Shown in pieces: positions 1-9,689 of a stretch of 64,000 bases of DNA (the first letter of the stretch is position 1; each line of letters begins with the position of its first letter). Source of the stretch: Rubripirellula sp. (lineage in GTDB: Bacteria; Planctomycetota; Planctomycetia; Pirellulales; Pirellulaceae). The notes beneath the pieces are model-generated. The model saw nothing but the letters and a program-made list of their open reading frames with translations, did not search any database and had not been told where the DNA came from. The stretch lies in contig OZ244207.1 of the NCBI GenBank assembly GCA_965216875.1, positions 3,168,001-3,232,000 of the forward strand. Direction: 5' to 3'. Both the position numbers and the translations under genes were made by a program.

Positions 1-2027
1 GAATCGGTGTCGGAATCGTCTTCGTCAGGCAAGTCCCAAGACTCGGGATACTCATCTTGGACCACGTCGTCATCATCGTTATCGAACCAGTTTCGAGCGA
101 CGGTCGATTCGACTTTGCGCATCTCGTGGAGCGGAAGTTCGCTCAAGAAGGGGCTCGCGATCACCGGTCGATTGTCACCACGCAATGTCCGTGTTTTGCA
201 ACAGCTCATTTGCAGCCACTGTTCGGCGCGCGTGATGCCAACAAAAAGCAATCGACGCTCTTCCTCGTATTGCCACTCGTCTTCTTTGGATCTCGCGTGC
301 GGGATCAAATTGTCCTCGACGCCAATGATGTAGACACGCGGGAACTCAAGTCCCTTTGCTGCGTGTAGGGTCATGAGCGTGACACGATCATTGGAATCTT
401 CGAACGCGTCGGTATCAGAGACCAAAGCGACCTGTTCAAGGAAGGCTTCGAGTGAACCGTCATCGGGATGTTGACGATCAAACTCGACCGCTGCCGTAAT
501 CAATTCGTCAACATTCGCCATGCGATCATTGTCGGCGGCGTCTTCGGAAAGTCCTTCGAGGTAGTTCTTGTAGCCAATTTCATCGACCAAATAGCGCAGC
601 AGATCCTCGACCGTCGCGGTCGCCTTGATGCACAGTCGATCGTAGATCGCCACAAATTTGGCAACCATCGTCGCGGATCGTTTCGCCAAGCCCTCGATCA
701 GGCCCGCTTCTCGCGCCGCTTCGAGCATCGGGATGTTCTTGCGGTCAGCGTGATCGCGCAACCGCTGAATCGTTTTTGCTCCGATGCCGCGAGTCGGCAA
801 ATTGATGACTCGCGTCAATGCGACGTCATGGCAAGGATTGTTGATCAGATGCAAATAGGCGATCAAATCCTTAACTTCTTTGCGTTGATAGAACTCGACA
901 CCGTTGACGATTTGGTACGGCAAACTGCGGCTTCGCAGTGCATGTTCCAGAGAACGCGACAGTGCATTCATGCGAAAGAAAATGGCGAAGTCGCGCGGCC
1001 GGGCGGCACCGGAATGCACGGTCATGGAGATTTCATCAATGATCTCTTCGGCTTCCTGGAATCCGTTTTCATAGATTCGCAAGACGACCGGATCGCCTTC
1101 GTCGTTCTCTGTAAACAGCTCTTTCTGTTTGCGGCGAACGTTGTGTCGAATCAATTGATCGGCAACCGACAAGATGTTCGGCGTGCTGCGATAGTTCTGC
1201 TCGAGGCGGACTGTCTTGACCGACGGATAGTCCTTTTCGAAGTCAAGAATGTTGTTCAGGTCCGCGCCGCGCCACCCGTAAATCGATTGGTCGGGATCGC
1301 CGGTGACGGCAAGGTTCGGATGGTCGATCGACAACGCACGGACGATTGCGTACTGGGCAAGGTTCGTGTCCTGGTATTCGTCGACCATGATGTACTTGTA
1401 CTTGGCATCCATCTCGCTGCGAATCTCAGGATTCTCGCGCAGCAAACGTGCCATGTGCAAAAGCAGGTCATCAAAATCGACCGCATTCGATGTCAGCAAC
1501 TGTTGCTGGTAGACCGGATAGACCTTTGCAGCCACAGCGTCTCGCGAACGCATCGCATGGCCCTGCATCATCTCGGGGGTCACTAGGCGATTCTTCGCTT
1601 GGCTGATCGAGTTAGCGATTTGATCAGGCGTTGCGTGCGAGAGCGATATCCCAGCCGCTTCGATGGCACGCTTCATTGCCGCTTTGGCATCGGCCGTGTC
1701 GTAGATCGAATAGTTCTCGGCCAGTCCCACCATGGGCGCAAACCGCCGCAAGTGCTGAGCACAAAACCGGTGAAAGGTCCCCATCCAAACCGGCTGGCCA
1801 GGGGCCAAACGATCGACGCGGGCGCGCATTTCTTCGGCAGCTTTGTTGGTAAACGTCAGCGCTGCGATTTGCCATGCTTCGACGCCCGATTGAAGCATGT
1901 GGGCAATGCGGTGGGTGACCACCCGCGTCTTTCCTGAACCGGGACCGGCTAAAATCAGAAGCGGACCGTCCGAGTGCTCGACTGCGTCGCGCTGTGCTTC
2001 GGTAAGGTCTCGAAAAATCGCGTCCAT
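1..2027 (-). CDS. ATP-dependent DNA helicase, UvrD/PcrA family (3' end runs off the window)
   Basis: Absent from the ORF track because there is no stop in the window. Translated by hand from ATG at 2027: MDAIFRDLTEAQRDAVEHSDGPLLILAGPGSGKTRVVTHRIA (Q motif and Walker A), then TFTNKAAEEMR, VDEYQDTN, GDPDQSIYGWRG, LEKDYPSVK and LMTLHAAKGLEF, all SF1A helicase motifs. Confidence 0.95.
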   Translation of the reverse strand, partial: MDAIFRDLTEAQRDAVEHSDGPLLILAGPGSGKTRVVTHRIAHMLQSGVEAWQIAALTFTNKAAEEMRARVDRLAPGQPVWMGTFHRFCAQHLRRFAPMVGLAENYSIYDTADAKAAMKRAIEAAGISLSHATPDQIANSISQAKNRLVTPEMMQGHAMRSRDAVAAKVYPVYQQQLLTSNAVDFDDLLLHMARLLRENPEIRSEMDAKYKYIMVDEYQDTNLAQYAIVRALSIDHPNLAVTGDPDQSIYGWRGADLNNILDFEKDYPSVKTVRLEQNYRSTPNILSVADQLIRHNVRRKQKELFTENDEGDPVVLRIYENGFQEAEEIIDEISMTVHSGAARPRDFAIFFRMNALSRSLEHALRSRSLPYQIVNGVEFYQRKEVKDLIAYLHLINNPCHDVALTRVINLPTRGIGAKTIQRLRDHADRKNIPMLEAAREAGLIEGLAKRSATMVAKFVAIYDRLCIKATATVEDLLRYLVDEIGYKNYLEGLSEDAADNDRMANVDELITAAVEFDRQHPDDGSLEAFLEQVALVSDTDAFEDSNDRVTLMTLHAAKGLEFPRVYIIGVEDNLIPHARSKEDEWQYEEERRLLFVGITRAEQWLQMSCCKTRTLRGDNRPVIASPFLSELPLHEMRKVESTVARNWFDNDDDDVVQDEYPESWDLPDEDDSDTD

Positions 2028-2140
2028 GGCCTGATTGTTTTACGGGGTCCCTGTGGTTCCAGGTCCAGTCGCCAAAGGGTCAACTGTGCTATTACTATAC
2101 CGATAGACACGTCGTTTATTGTCAAGACAGGGTGCAAACG

Positions 2141-2506
2141 ATGCCTGGAAAAAACGTCCTCGGTGGCGAACTGGAAACCTGCAGCGTCAAACCGATGACC
2201 GGTTTTTATCGAGATGGCTGCTGCAATACGGGTGCTGAAGACGCCGGGCTACACACGGTATGTACCCAGGTGACGGCCGAATTCTTGGAGTTCAGCAAGT
2301 CGCGTGGCAACGACTTGTCGACGCCGAACCTGACGTACGACTTTCCCGGTTTGGTCCCCGGTGATCGCTGGTGCCTCTGTGCCGCGCGCTGGAAAGAAGC
2401 GTACGACGCCGGGATGGCTCCGCCGGTCGTCCTCGAAGCGACCCACATGTCGACGCTGGAATTCGCCTCAATTGAAGAGCTAAAAGAGCACGCGGTCGAT
2501 CGGTGA
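2141..2506 (+). CDS. DUF2237 family protein
   Basis: KNVLGGELETCS..PMTGFYRDGCC, HTVC and PGDRWCLCAARW are characteristic of DUF2237. ATG at 2141. Confidence 0.88.
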   Translation: MPGKNVLGGELETCSVKPMTGFYRDGCCNTGAEDAGLHTVCTQVTAEFLEFSKSRGNDLSTPNLTYDFPGLVPGDRWCLCAARWKEAYDAGMAPPVVLEATHMSTLEFASIEELKEHAVDR

Positions 2507-2628
2507 AATTGGCGGAATCCAGCTGGCGAGACCGAGATTTGGCGGGAATTTTCCGGTGAAACACTGTATTTTTGAGCCCTCAACGCGTTAACGGCCGCGG
2601 CCTGACTTGCCCGGGTTCACGCGCGATC

Positions 2629-2759
2629 CACAATCACCCTCCCGCTTGCGGGAGGGTCGGACGCAAAGTCCGGGGAGGGAATGATCCTTCCCAAACAAAC
2701 CCTCTCCGGGGCCTTAGAGCCCGACTCTCCCAAGGGAGAGTGTTAACGTGCGCAATTGC
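2629..2759. repeat. Composite palindromic intergenic repeat (REP/BIME-like), copy 1
   Basis: Contains hairpins ACCCTCCCGC-TT-GCGGGAGGGT and ACTCTCCC-AA-GGGAGAGT. A near-identical inverted copy lies at 16711-16843. Confidence 0.9.
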
Positions 2760-2904
2760 GGACGGCTATTGACGCTAAATTCGGGCGATTTCTATACTTC
2801 CGGGCTTCTGATACAACAAAGAATGCGGCGGAACGCACGAAGAGCGTCTGCCAACACTGACAAATCAAAATCCCGTCCTTTCGCGGACCCAAAACGGGCA
2901 AGCT

Positions 2905-3894
2905 ATGAAAGCCGATCGCCGTCACGAATTGCAGCAGAATGAATTGGCTGCCTACTTGGGAAAGATCAACAAATCGATTGAACCCTACTCGCGAATCATC
3001 GCCGTGGTGGTTGGGGTCGGCATTTTCGGCCTGATCGCGTACGCGTTGTACAAGAGTAAGGAGACTGAGCAGCGGAGCGATGCAACGCTTCAGCTGATCC
3101 AGGCTGCCTACTCGGAAGACGTTGAAGACCTCACCAAGGTTAGCGATACCTTTCCCGGGACGGCTGCAGGAGCTTGGGCCCAACTTTATGAAGGCAACCG
3201 ATACCTCAACGAAGGTCTTCAAAAGCTGTTCACCAATCGAGTCGACGCCGAGGACACGCTCAAGCAAGCCCAAGAGGCCTTTGAAAAAGCGATCGCTCGC
3301 AGCGATGACATGGTTCTGAAGTCGCGTGCTAACCTTGGCATCGCCCGTGCCGCCGAATCGCTCGGCGACGTGGACACCGCGGTGAAGGCATACGAAGCCT
3401 GCATCGCCGCAAACGAGTCGGAACCGATGCTCAAGTTGGCCCAACGCCGCATCGACAGTTTGTCGAGCGACGAAACCCAAGAGTTTCTCACTTGGTTTGC
3501 CGAGCAAGATTTCAGTCCGCCCGAACCATCGTTGCCTCCGACATTGCCTGGTGGCGCGACCCTGCCAACGATTCCCGATTTGAAATTGCCAGAGATCGGT
3601 GGTGCCGGCACACCAAGCGCCCCGAAAGACGGCATCGAAATGCCAGCCGAAGGTGCTGACGCTGCAAAAGACGCTGCTTCCGGCGAAGCTGAAGAAGCCG
3701 CCGCCTCCAACGACACAGAATCACCCGAACCTGCTGCTGGTGAAGATGCCTCTTCCAATGGTGAAGCGGACGCATCAGAAGAAGCGGCTGCGGAGTCAAC
3801 CGAAGCTGCGTCGAGTGACGAAAGCGGAACCGAGGCGAGTGAATCGGAATCGACCGCAGATGATGCCTCTGGCGCTGAAGAAGGAAACGGCTGA
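2905..3894 (+). CDS. Membrane-anchored TPR-like (YfgM-type) protein with acidic disordered C-terminal tail
   Basis: MKADRRHELQQNELA N-terminus, one TM helix (IIAVVVGVGIFGLIAYALY), helical TPR-like repeats (ANLGIARAAESLGDVDTAVKAYE) and a Pro-rich then E/A/S-rich tail. Confidence 0.75.
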   Translation: MKADRRHELQQNELAAYLGKINKSIEPYSRIIAVVVGVGIFGLIAYALYKSKETEQRSDATLQLIQAAYSEDVEDLTKVSDTFPGTAAGAWAQLYEGNRYLNEGLQKLFTNRVDAEDTLKQAQEAFEKAIARSDDMVLKSRANLGIARAAESLGDVDTAVKAYEACIAANESEPMLKLAQRRIDSLSSDETQEFLTWFAEQDFSPPEPSLPPTLPGGATLPTIPDLKLPEIGGAGTPSAPKDGIEMPAEGADAAKDAASGEAEEAAASNDTESPEPAAGEDASSNGEADASEEAAAESTEAASSDESGTEASESESTADDASGAEEGNG

Positions 3895-3956
3895 GCACGT
3901 TTTTCTGCCACACTGAATCGCAGTGGCAATCAGAATCACAGCGCCATCGCAACGAC

Positions 3957-5018
3957 ATGTCAAAAGACGACGAACTGGAATCCGAGGACGTCGTCACGTC
4001 ACCTGTGATTGCTGACAGCGAGGAATCTTCTGATCCAGCCGAGGAAGAGGTCTATCGCGAATTCGTCGTTCCCGACTCTGCAAGCGGGCAACGAATCGAT
4101 CTGTTTCTTTCGCAATGTTGCGATGGCTTTAGTCGCACTCAAATCCGCGCGGCCGTTCAGGAAGGCGGCGGGGAAGTGGATGGGCGGGTCGTGCGACCAA
4201 GCGTCAAACTCAACGCGGGTCAAAAAGTCCGGTTCAAGCTCCCGCCCCCTCCACCGGACACATCGATTCCGGAGAATATCCCACTCGATGTGCTGTACGA
4301 GGACGATGGACTTGTCGTCGTCAATAAACCCGCTGGGATGGTGGTTCACCCAGCGCGGGGGCATTGGTCCGGCACACTGACAAGTGCACTTGCCTATCGA
4401 TTTCAATCGCTCTCGGATGTTGGCGGACCCTCACGACCGGGTATCGTCCACAGGCTTGATCGAGACACCAGTGGCGTGATCGTGGTCGCCAAGACCAATG
4501 CGGTGCACATGCATTTGGCTGACCAATTTCATGATCGCCATGTTCAAAAAGAGTACATCGCCATCACATCGGGCGCGATCGACCGCGATCGCGACGTGAT
4601 CGACGCTCCGATCGGACGCCATCCCTATCAGCGTGACAAAATGGCGATTCGCGAAGACCACGTGACGAGCAAACCGGCATCAACGTTTTATGAAGTGATG
4701 TCGCGTCATGGCCGATTCACAATCGTTCGTGTGCGTCCCAAGACCGGACGCACTCACCAGATCCGTGTTCACTTGAATCACATTGGTGCCCCCATTCTTT
4801 GTGACCGATTGTATGCGGGTCACTCCGAGGCAACCGAGTCAATGCTACGCGGCAAGACTTCGCGTCCCAACGAAGAACCGATTCTGTTGCGGCAGGCGTT
4901 GCACGCAAGAAAGCTTGAGTTCTGTCACCCACAAACAGGAAAAACGATCAGCTTCGAAGCGCCGCTGCCGCCAGACATGGACCGTGTCGCAACATTCCTG
5001 CAAAGCGCCAGCGATTGA
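3957..5018 (+). CDS. rluD: RluA-family pseudouridine synthase with S4 domain (RluD-like)
   Basis: S4 domain (GQRIDLFL...SRTQIR), VVNKPAGMVVHP, GIVHRLDRDTSG (catalytic Asp), TGRTHQIRVH and RQALHA. Confidence 0.9.
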   Translation: MSKDDELESEDVVTSPVIADSEESSDPAEEEVYREFVVPDSASGQRIDLFLSQCCDGFSRTQIRAAVQEGGGEVDGRVVRPSVKLNAGQKVRFKLPPPPPDTSIPENIPLDVLYEDDGLVVVNKPAGMVVHPARGHWSGTLTSALAYRFQSLSDVGGPSRPGIVHRLDRDTSGVIVVAKTNAVHMHLADQFHDRHVQKEYIAITSGAIDRDRDVIDAPIGRHPYQRDKMAIREDHVTSKPASTFYEVMSRHGRFTIVRVRPKTGRTHQIRVHLNHIGAPILCDRLYAGHSEATESMLRGKTSRPNEEPILLRQALHARKLEFCHPQTGKTISFEAPLPPDMDRVATFLQSASD

Positions 5019-5061
5019 TCGTGAATCGTGATCGCGCACGCAGCCGGACCTTTCAGGTCGC

Positions 5062-5139
5062 GTAGCTACGCTCGCCAGAGCGTGGTGATTGTGGGGAGCG
5101 GTCAACCAATGAAAACCACCTTCTGGCGAAGGTAGCTAC
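5062..5139. repeat. Inverted pair of GTAG-type REP palindromes (family A)
   Basis: GTAGCT-ACGCTC-GCCA-GAGCGT-GG at 5062-5085 and the reverse complement of GTAGCT-ACCTTC-GCCA-GAAGGT-GG at 5116-5139. The same pair recurs at 12697-12757. Confidence 0.85.
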
Positions 5140-5177
5140 GGCCTGTAACGCCGCGCGGGGAATGTGCGGCGAGTTAT

Positions 5178-5255
5178 CGTGAGCCGAACGCGCTAGCGTC
5201 GGGCCTCGCACTCGTTCACATCACGAACGACCAAACGCTAGCCCATTCGGCTCAC
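5178..5255. repeat. REP-like palindrome family B (GTGAGCCG-NACGCGCTAGCGT-CGGGCC) with a degenerate inverted partner
   Basis: CGTGAGCCGAACGCGCTAGCGTCGGGCCT at 5178-5206 and a partner ending CGGCTCAC at about 5234-5255. Related copies at 10531, 12788 (inverted) and 21291. Confidence 0.8.
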
Positions 5256-5276
5256 CGTGACTCCTGAACTCAAGAA

Positions 5277-6902
5277 TCAGGGCGTATTCGTCGGCGACCT
5301 TTTAGGTTCAACGGGACTCGCCGCACACCCGCAACCACTCCCGCAATTGATTCGCGCTTCCAACGCGAGTGATGTCGGTGTTTGAGCGAGCCCACCCAGC
5401 GCGGTGCAGCGATGTTCTCGCGGCATGCGTTCAGCGACACTTTTTGCTGCAGCAATCGTTTCATCAAGAGGGATCACTGCGTCAAATCCCGCAAGCGCCA
5501 TGTTGGCACACGAGAGCGCGTTGCTTGCCGCCATCACGTTCTTTCCCAAACAGGGCACTTCGACTCGATTTGCAACCGGGTCACAGATCAGGCCAAGCAT
5601 GTTTTGCATCGCCATCGACGAAGCCGCCACACCTTGCTCGAGCGAACCACCAGCAAACGTCACGAGTGATGCGGCCGCCATGGCCGATGCCGAACCACCT
5701 TCCGCCTGACAACCACCGACCTCGGCTGCAAAACTCCAATGCGTCGCGATAAAAACGCCAACGATTCCAGCGGCAAGCATTGCTTTGGCAATCTCTTCGT
5801 CATCACGGTCAAGCATTTCGCCCACCGCAAGGCAGGTTGCCGGAAGTGCGGCGCATGCACCCGCTGTCGGCGCGGCGACGATCACTCCCATCGAGCTTTT
5901 GACTTCCATCAAGGCCGTCGTATACAGCACGACGCGGTTCAATAGGCCGCCGTCAAGCAACTGCCCTTTTTCCATCGCTTGCTGAAAGCCACCCGACTGA
6001 AACCCGAGAATGCGGTCTTCGTACTCGGTTCCTGCAAGCCCGGCGATAACACTGCGACGCAAAATCTTGACGATGTCTTGCATCTTGGCAATAACCGCCT
6101 CTTCAGTTAGACCACCTCGCGCCATCTCATATTCGCAGGCGAGCTTCCAAAGTGGAGCGGATGTATCGCCCGCGTGCTCCAACATCGCCGCACATGTTTG
6201 GAACGGAACGCTCACACCTTTGCGCGAACGGATCGGCAAGACAGCCGTCATACGCCGAATCTTGGACACACTTGCCGGAGACAGCACCGCGTTGATCTGC
6301 ACGTCGTCAACGGGCTGTTGCGACCTGATTTGAAGAAGTGTTTGCTCGCCGCAGTGGTGCGTGAGGATTTGATCAACCCCCAGCTCACTGCAAACATCCG
6401 CGGCATCGACTTGCCGATCGACCCAAACAAGGGTTTCGTCGTAGTCACCGCCCATCGCGAGCGCGACACCGTCGATCGACAAGACTTCGAACATCCCGCC
6501 ACCAGTCGATATCGCGATCAACTCATGCTGACGTTCGCGGCCGACAAGTTTTAGGCGATAGGTGTTGGGATGGGGATCTGCGAGATCGAGGTAGCGAAAC
6601 TGCAACTCAATCCCCGCTTCTTGAAGGTACTGCTCCGCCTCGGGCAAACGTTCATCGTCGGCGTCCCAACCAAGCAAACCGCCAAATAATCCCATGTCGG
6701 AACCTTGGCTCGTGTGCGTCGCAGGTAATGACCCGCCATTGTCAAATTCGACAACCACCGAATCGATCTGGCCGCCCATCAAGTCACGAGCCAACCGGCC
6801 AATCCTTAACGCCGCCGCACAATGCGAACTCGAGGGGCCACGCATCACCGGGCCAATCACGTCATTAAAAATGCTGACTATCATGCCAACCAGTTTAGCC
6901 AT
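5277..6902 (-). CDS. Fe-S-dependent L-serine ammonia-lyase, fused beta and alpha chains
   Basis: Beta-chain motifs SIFNDVIGPVMRGPSSSH, HPNT and STGGG. Alpha-chain motifs IVAAPTAGAC, EVGGCQAE, LGLICDPVANRVEVPC and ALGGLA. The start may be ATG 6902 or 6884. Confidence 0.9.
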   Translation of the reverse strand: MAKLVGMIVSIFNDVIGPVMRGPSSSHCAAALRIGRLARDLMGGQIDSVVVEFDNGGSLPATHTSQGSDMGLFGGLLGWDADDERLPEAEQYLQEAGIELQFRYLDLADPHPNTYRLKLVGRERQHELIAISTGGGMFEVLSIDGVALAMGGDYDETLVWVDRQVDAADVCSELGVDQILTHHCGEQTLLQIRSQQPVDDVQINAVLSPASVSKIRRMTAVLPIRSRKGVSVPFQTCAAMLEHAGDTSAPLWKLACEYEMARGGLTEEAVIAKMQDIVKILRRSVIAGLAGTEYEDRILGFQSGGFQQAMEKGQLLDGGLLNRVVLYTTALMEVKSSMGVIVAAPTAGACAALPATCLAVGEMLDRDDEEIAKAMLAAGIVGVFIATHWSFAAEVGGCQAEGGSASAMAAASLVTFAGGSLEQGVAASSMAMQNMLGLICDPVANRVEVPCLGKNVMAASNALSCANMALAGFDAVIPLDETIAAAKSVAERMPREHRCTALGGLAQTPTSLALEARINCGSGCGCAASPVEPKRSPTNTP

Positions 6903-6929
6903 CGGCCTGTCGCAACGCGACGACAACCG

Positions 6930-8450
6930 TTAGCGGCTCCAGGCAAGCCACTTTTTCATCGCTGCAGCGACGGTGGGCGTCAAACGGGTGCGATTGAATT
7001 GGTCCCCCAATTTACGAATCGCTTCGGCCTGAGTCGGGTAGGGATGAATCGTCGATGCGATCTTTTTGAGCCCGATTCTGTGCTTGATCGCCATCGTTAA
7101 CTCTCCAATCATGTCGCCGGCATTGGTCGCAACCACCGTTGCCCCGACAATCTTGTCCGTTCCCTTTTTGACGTGCACCCGCACAAAGCCCTCCGTATCG
7201 CCTTCGAGAATGGCTCGATCGACCTCGGCAAAGGGCTGGGTGTAGGTGTCAATTTCGATTCCTTGTTGTGCAGCCTCCTGTGGCTGCAAACCAACATGGG
7301 CAAGTTCCGGTGAGGTATAGGTGGCCCAAGGCACCAACAACGAACTCGCCTTTCCACGTCCCATGAAGAGTGCATTTCCGATCACGATTCGCGCCATAAA
7401 ATCGGCCGCGTGTGTGAACTTGTATTTGGAAGCTACGTCCCCCGCTGCGTAAACGTTCGGGTTGGTTGTTTGCAGGCGATCGTTAACTTCAATACCACGT
7501 CGAACATCAAATTGGACTCCCGCGTTCTCAAGCCCCATCCCTTCAACGTTGGGCGAGCGGCCGATGCCAACCAAGATTTCATCACCCACAATCTCGATCT
7601 CTTCGCCTCCCCGCTCAACAACGACAACCTTTTCGTTGTCGCGCCGCTGCATTCGCTTGACTTGCGCGTTCAAGACAAATTCAACACCATCTCTTCGCAT
7701 CGATTCTTGAACCACGAGAGCAGCATCGCTGTCCTCTCGAGGCAAGATGTGATCCGACTTTTCAATTTGCGTGACTTCTGATCCGAATCGCACAAAACTC
7801 TGTGCCATCTCGGTTCCGATCGGACCGCCTCCGATCACAACGAGCCGCCGTGGCAACTCGGTAAGTGAAAAGATGGATTCGTTCGTGAGCGGTTCGACTT
7901 CATCCCACCCGTCAATGGGCAGCTTCGCCGCCCGAGCCCCCGTCGCGATGACGGCCTTCTTGAAGGAAAGCGTTTGCCCATCAACTTCGATCGAATTCGC
8001 ATCCACGAACTTGCCGCTTCCCATGTAGACGTCGACGCCAGCGTCGCGAAAACGGGCCGCCGAGTCGTGAGGGCTGATGCCGGCTCGCAGTCTGCGCATC
8101 CGCTGCATCATCTCAGCAAACTTGACGTTGACGTCGCCCTGAATGTCCACGCCGAATGGTTCCGCGGCTCGAGCGACGGCGGCCACGCGAGCTGCGCTGA
8201 TCAACGCTTTTGATGGAACACAACCAACGTTCAAGCAATCGCCGCCAAGGAGGTCGCGTTCGATCAGTGCAACCTTGGCCCCCAAACCGGCTGCACCGAT
8301 CGCGGAAACGAGCCCGGCGGTTCCGCCTCCGATCACCACCATGTTGTAGCGTCCCGAAGGCGTGGGGTTTTGCCAGTCAGGCGGATGCACGTGCGACTGG
8401 AGCGTTTGGTTGTGTTCGTCGAAAGGTTGAAGTTGAACAAGTGTCGACAT
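6930..8450 (-). CDS. Class I pyridine nucleotide-disulfide oxidoreductase (MerA/LpdA-like, often labelled mercuric reductase)
   Basis: VIGGGTAG FAD motif, GGDCLNVGCVPSK redox disulfide, VIGGGPIG, YAAGD and IHPYPT. There is no C-terminal Cys-Cys pair. ATG at 8450. Confidence 0.9.
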   Translation of the reverse strand: MSTLVQLQPFDEHNQTLQSHVHPPDWQNPTPSGRYNMVVIGGGTAGLVSAIGAAGLGAKVALIERDLLGGDCLNVGCVPSKALISAARVAAVARAAEPFGVDIQGDVNVKFAEMMQRMRRLRAGISPHDSAARFRDAGVDVYMGSGKFVDANSIEVDGQTLSFKKAVIATGARAAKLPIDGWDEVEPLTNESIFSLTELPRRLVVIGGGPIGTEMAQSFVRFGSEVTQIEKSDHILPREDSDAALVVQESMRRDGVEFVLNAQVKRMQRRDNEKVVVVERGGEEIEIVGDEILVGIGRSPNVEGMGLENAGVQFDVRRGIEVNDRLQTTNPNVYAAGDVASKYKFTHAADFMARIVIGNALFMGRGKASSLLVPWATYTSPELAHVGLQPQEAAQQGIEIDTYTQPFAEVDRAILEGDTEGFVRVHVKKGTDKIVGATVVATNAGDMIGELTMAIKHRIGLKKIASTIHPYPTQAEAIRKLGDQFNRTRLTPTVAAAMKKWLAWSR

Positions 8451-8559
8451 GGTCAAGGATCGGCAGGTAAAGAGTGTTCCGTTTCGCCGCTCGCACTGCC
8501 TTCTTCCGATGCGAGCCGGCCAAAGGTCAGTCAATAGACAGGTTTGATTCTCGAAGTCT

Positions 8560-9369
8560 TCATGGGGATGGTGTCAATCGATTCATGATCTTGCGAACCA
8601 GCAACGGAAAGACGCCCAACAGGCCAAATGCAACAACGAGTTGCGCGAGTTGGGAGGGCGAAAAAACAGCCTCCGCACCTTGCTCAGCAAGGATGGTCAG
8701 GTTCGGGACTCGAGAACCAGCGTAGACATACACAATCGTCCCCGGCAACATTCCGAGCTGGCTGACCCACCAGTAGGTACGAGTCTTGATCGGCGTCAGT
8801 CCCATCACCAAGTTGATGACGAAAAAGGGTACGGCGGGAATCAGCCGAAGAGTAAAAAGGTAGAAACCACCCTCTCGCTCGAGCTGCTCGTTGAAGGTCG
8901 TCAGGCGATCCCCAAACTTGGCTTGCACCGCGTCGCGCAACAAATAGCGACTCATCAAGAACGCCAAAGTAGCGCCCGCCGTTGAAGCAAAGCTGACAAG
9001 CACAACGGTTCGCAAAAACCCGAAATACCAACCGTAGACGAGCGTCAGTGCCGCCGCGCCCGGCAACGAAAGCCCGGTCACCGTGACATAGACGATGAAC
9101 GCGATGCCATAGACCAGATAGGGGTTGTTTGCCTGGAACGCACGAAGCTTTGTCTCTTGCTCGGCCAAATAGTCGATCGACAACAGGTGACCAAATTGCC
9201 AAAAGAGTCCGGCAGCAATGGCAATCACAACCACAACGAGCAGAGGTTTGAGCGATCGCCTTTGGTCGCCCACCGAAGTCCCTTGGCTGCCATCAGTCGC
9301 TTCGCTGCCATCGGTCGCGCCGCCGTCGTCAATTGGCTGAGTCGGATCGTAGGGATTGTCGGAGGTCAT
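8560..9369 (-). CDS. TVP38/TMEM64 (DedA/VTT-domain) membrane protein
   Basis: LSLPGAAALTLVYGWYFG, GATLAFLMSRYL, LRLIPAVPFFVINLVMGLT and SQLGMLPGTIVYVYAG, with multiple TM helices. Confidence 0.9.
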   Translation of the reverse strand: MTSDNPYDPTQPIDDGGATDGSEATDGSQGTSVGDQRRSLKPLLVVVVIAIAAGLFWQFGHLLSIDYLAEQETKLRAFQANNPYLVYGIAFIVYVTVTGLSLPGAAALTLVYGWYFGFLRTVVLVSFASTAGATLAFLMSRYLLRDAVQAKFGDRLTTFNEQLEREGGFYLFTLRLIPAVPFFVINLVMGLTPIKTRTYWWVSQLGMLPGTIVYVYAGSRVPNLTILAEQGAEAVFSPSQLAQLVVAFGLLGVFPLLVRKIMNRLTPSP

Positions 9370-9689
9370 GGTGTTTTCGCTTGAATACCTATCCACGCCG
9401 GACGGTTCGGGCCCGCTTAAGGCTCGAGCCGCTGACGCTACGGCGACAGTGGCAGCAGCCTTGGTCGACCGCTCATTTGATTGTCGCTGTCAATGTTAGC
9501 GATCTTACGCCGAATCTGCCGGATAGTCCGTAATGGATTTGCTCCCTCTCGGACCGCCAGCCAAGTCGCTTGCCCCTTCCCAATGATCTGACGGCGGTCG
9601 CATGGGCGACGTGGTCATTGAAAAGTGCACTCTCAAATGATGAGGAAGCACGCTCAACCATGGTCGCGCGAAAAGGATGTCCGACGAAG

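Noticed and set aside
468..1937. Plus-strand ORFs of 372 aa and 112 aa
   Set aside because: Antisense shadows of the UvrD/PcrA helicase, which has clear motifs on the minus strand.
5062..5255. CRISPR array
   Set aside because: The repeats are inverted pairs of mixed families without regular spacers, and there are no cas genes.
6930..8450. True mercuric reductase (merA) / mercury resistance locus
   Set aside because: No C-terminal Cys-Cys pair, no N-terminal metal-binding domain and no merR, merT or merP nearby.
9286..9318. 18-nt-period duplication (ATDGSE/ATDGSQ) in the TVP38 N-terminal tail
   Set aside because: Two-copy in-frame slippage in a disordered tail with no sign of function.
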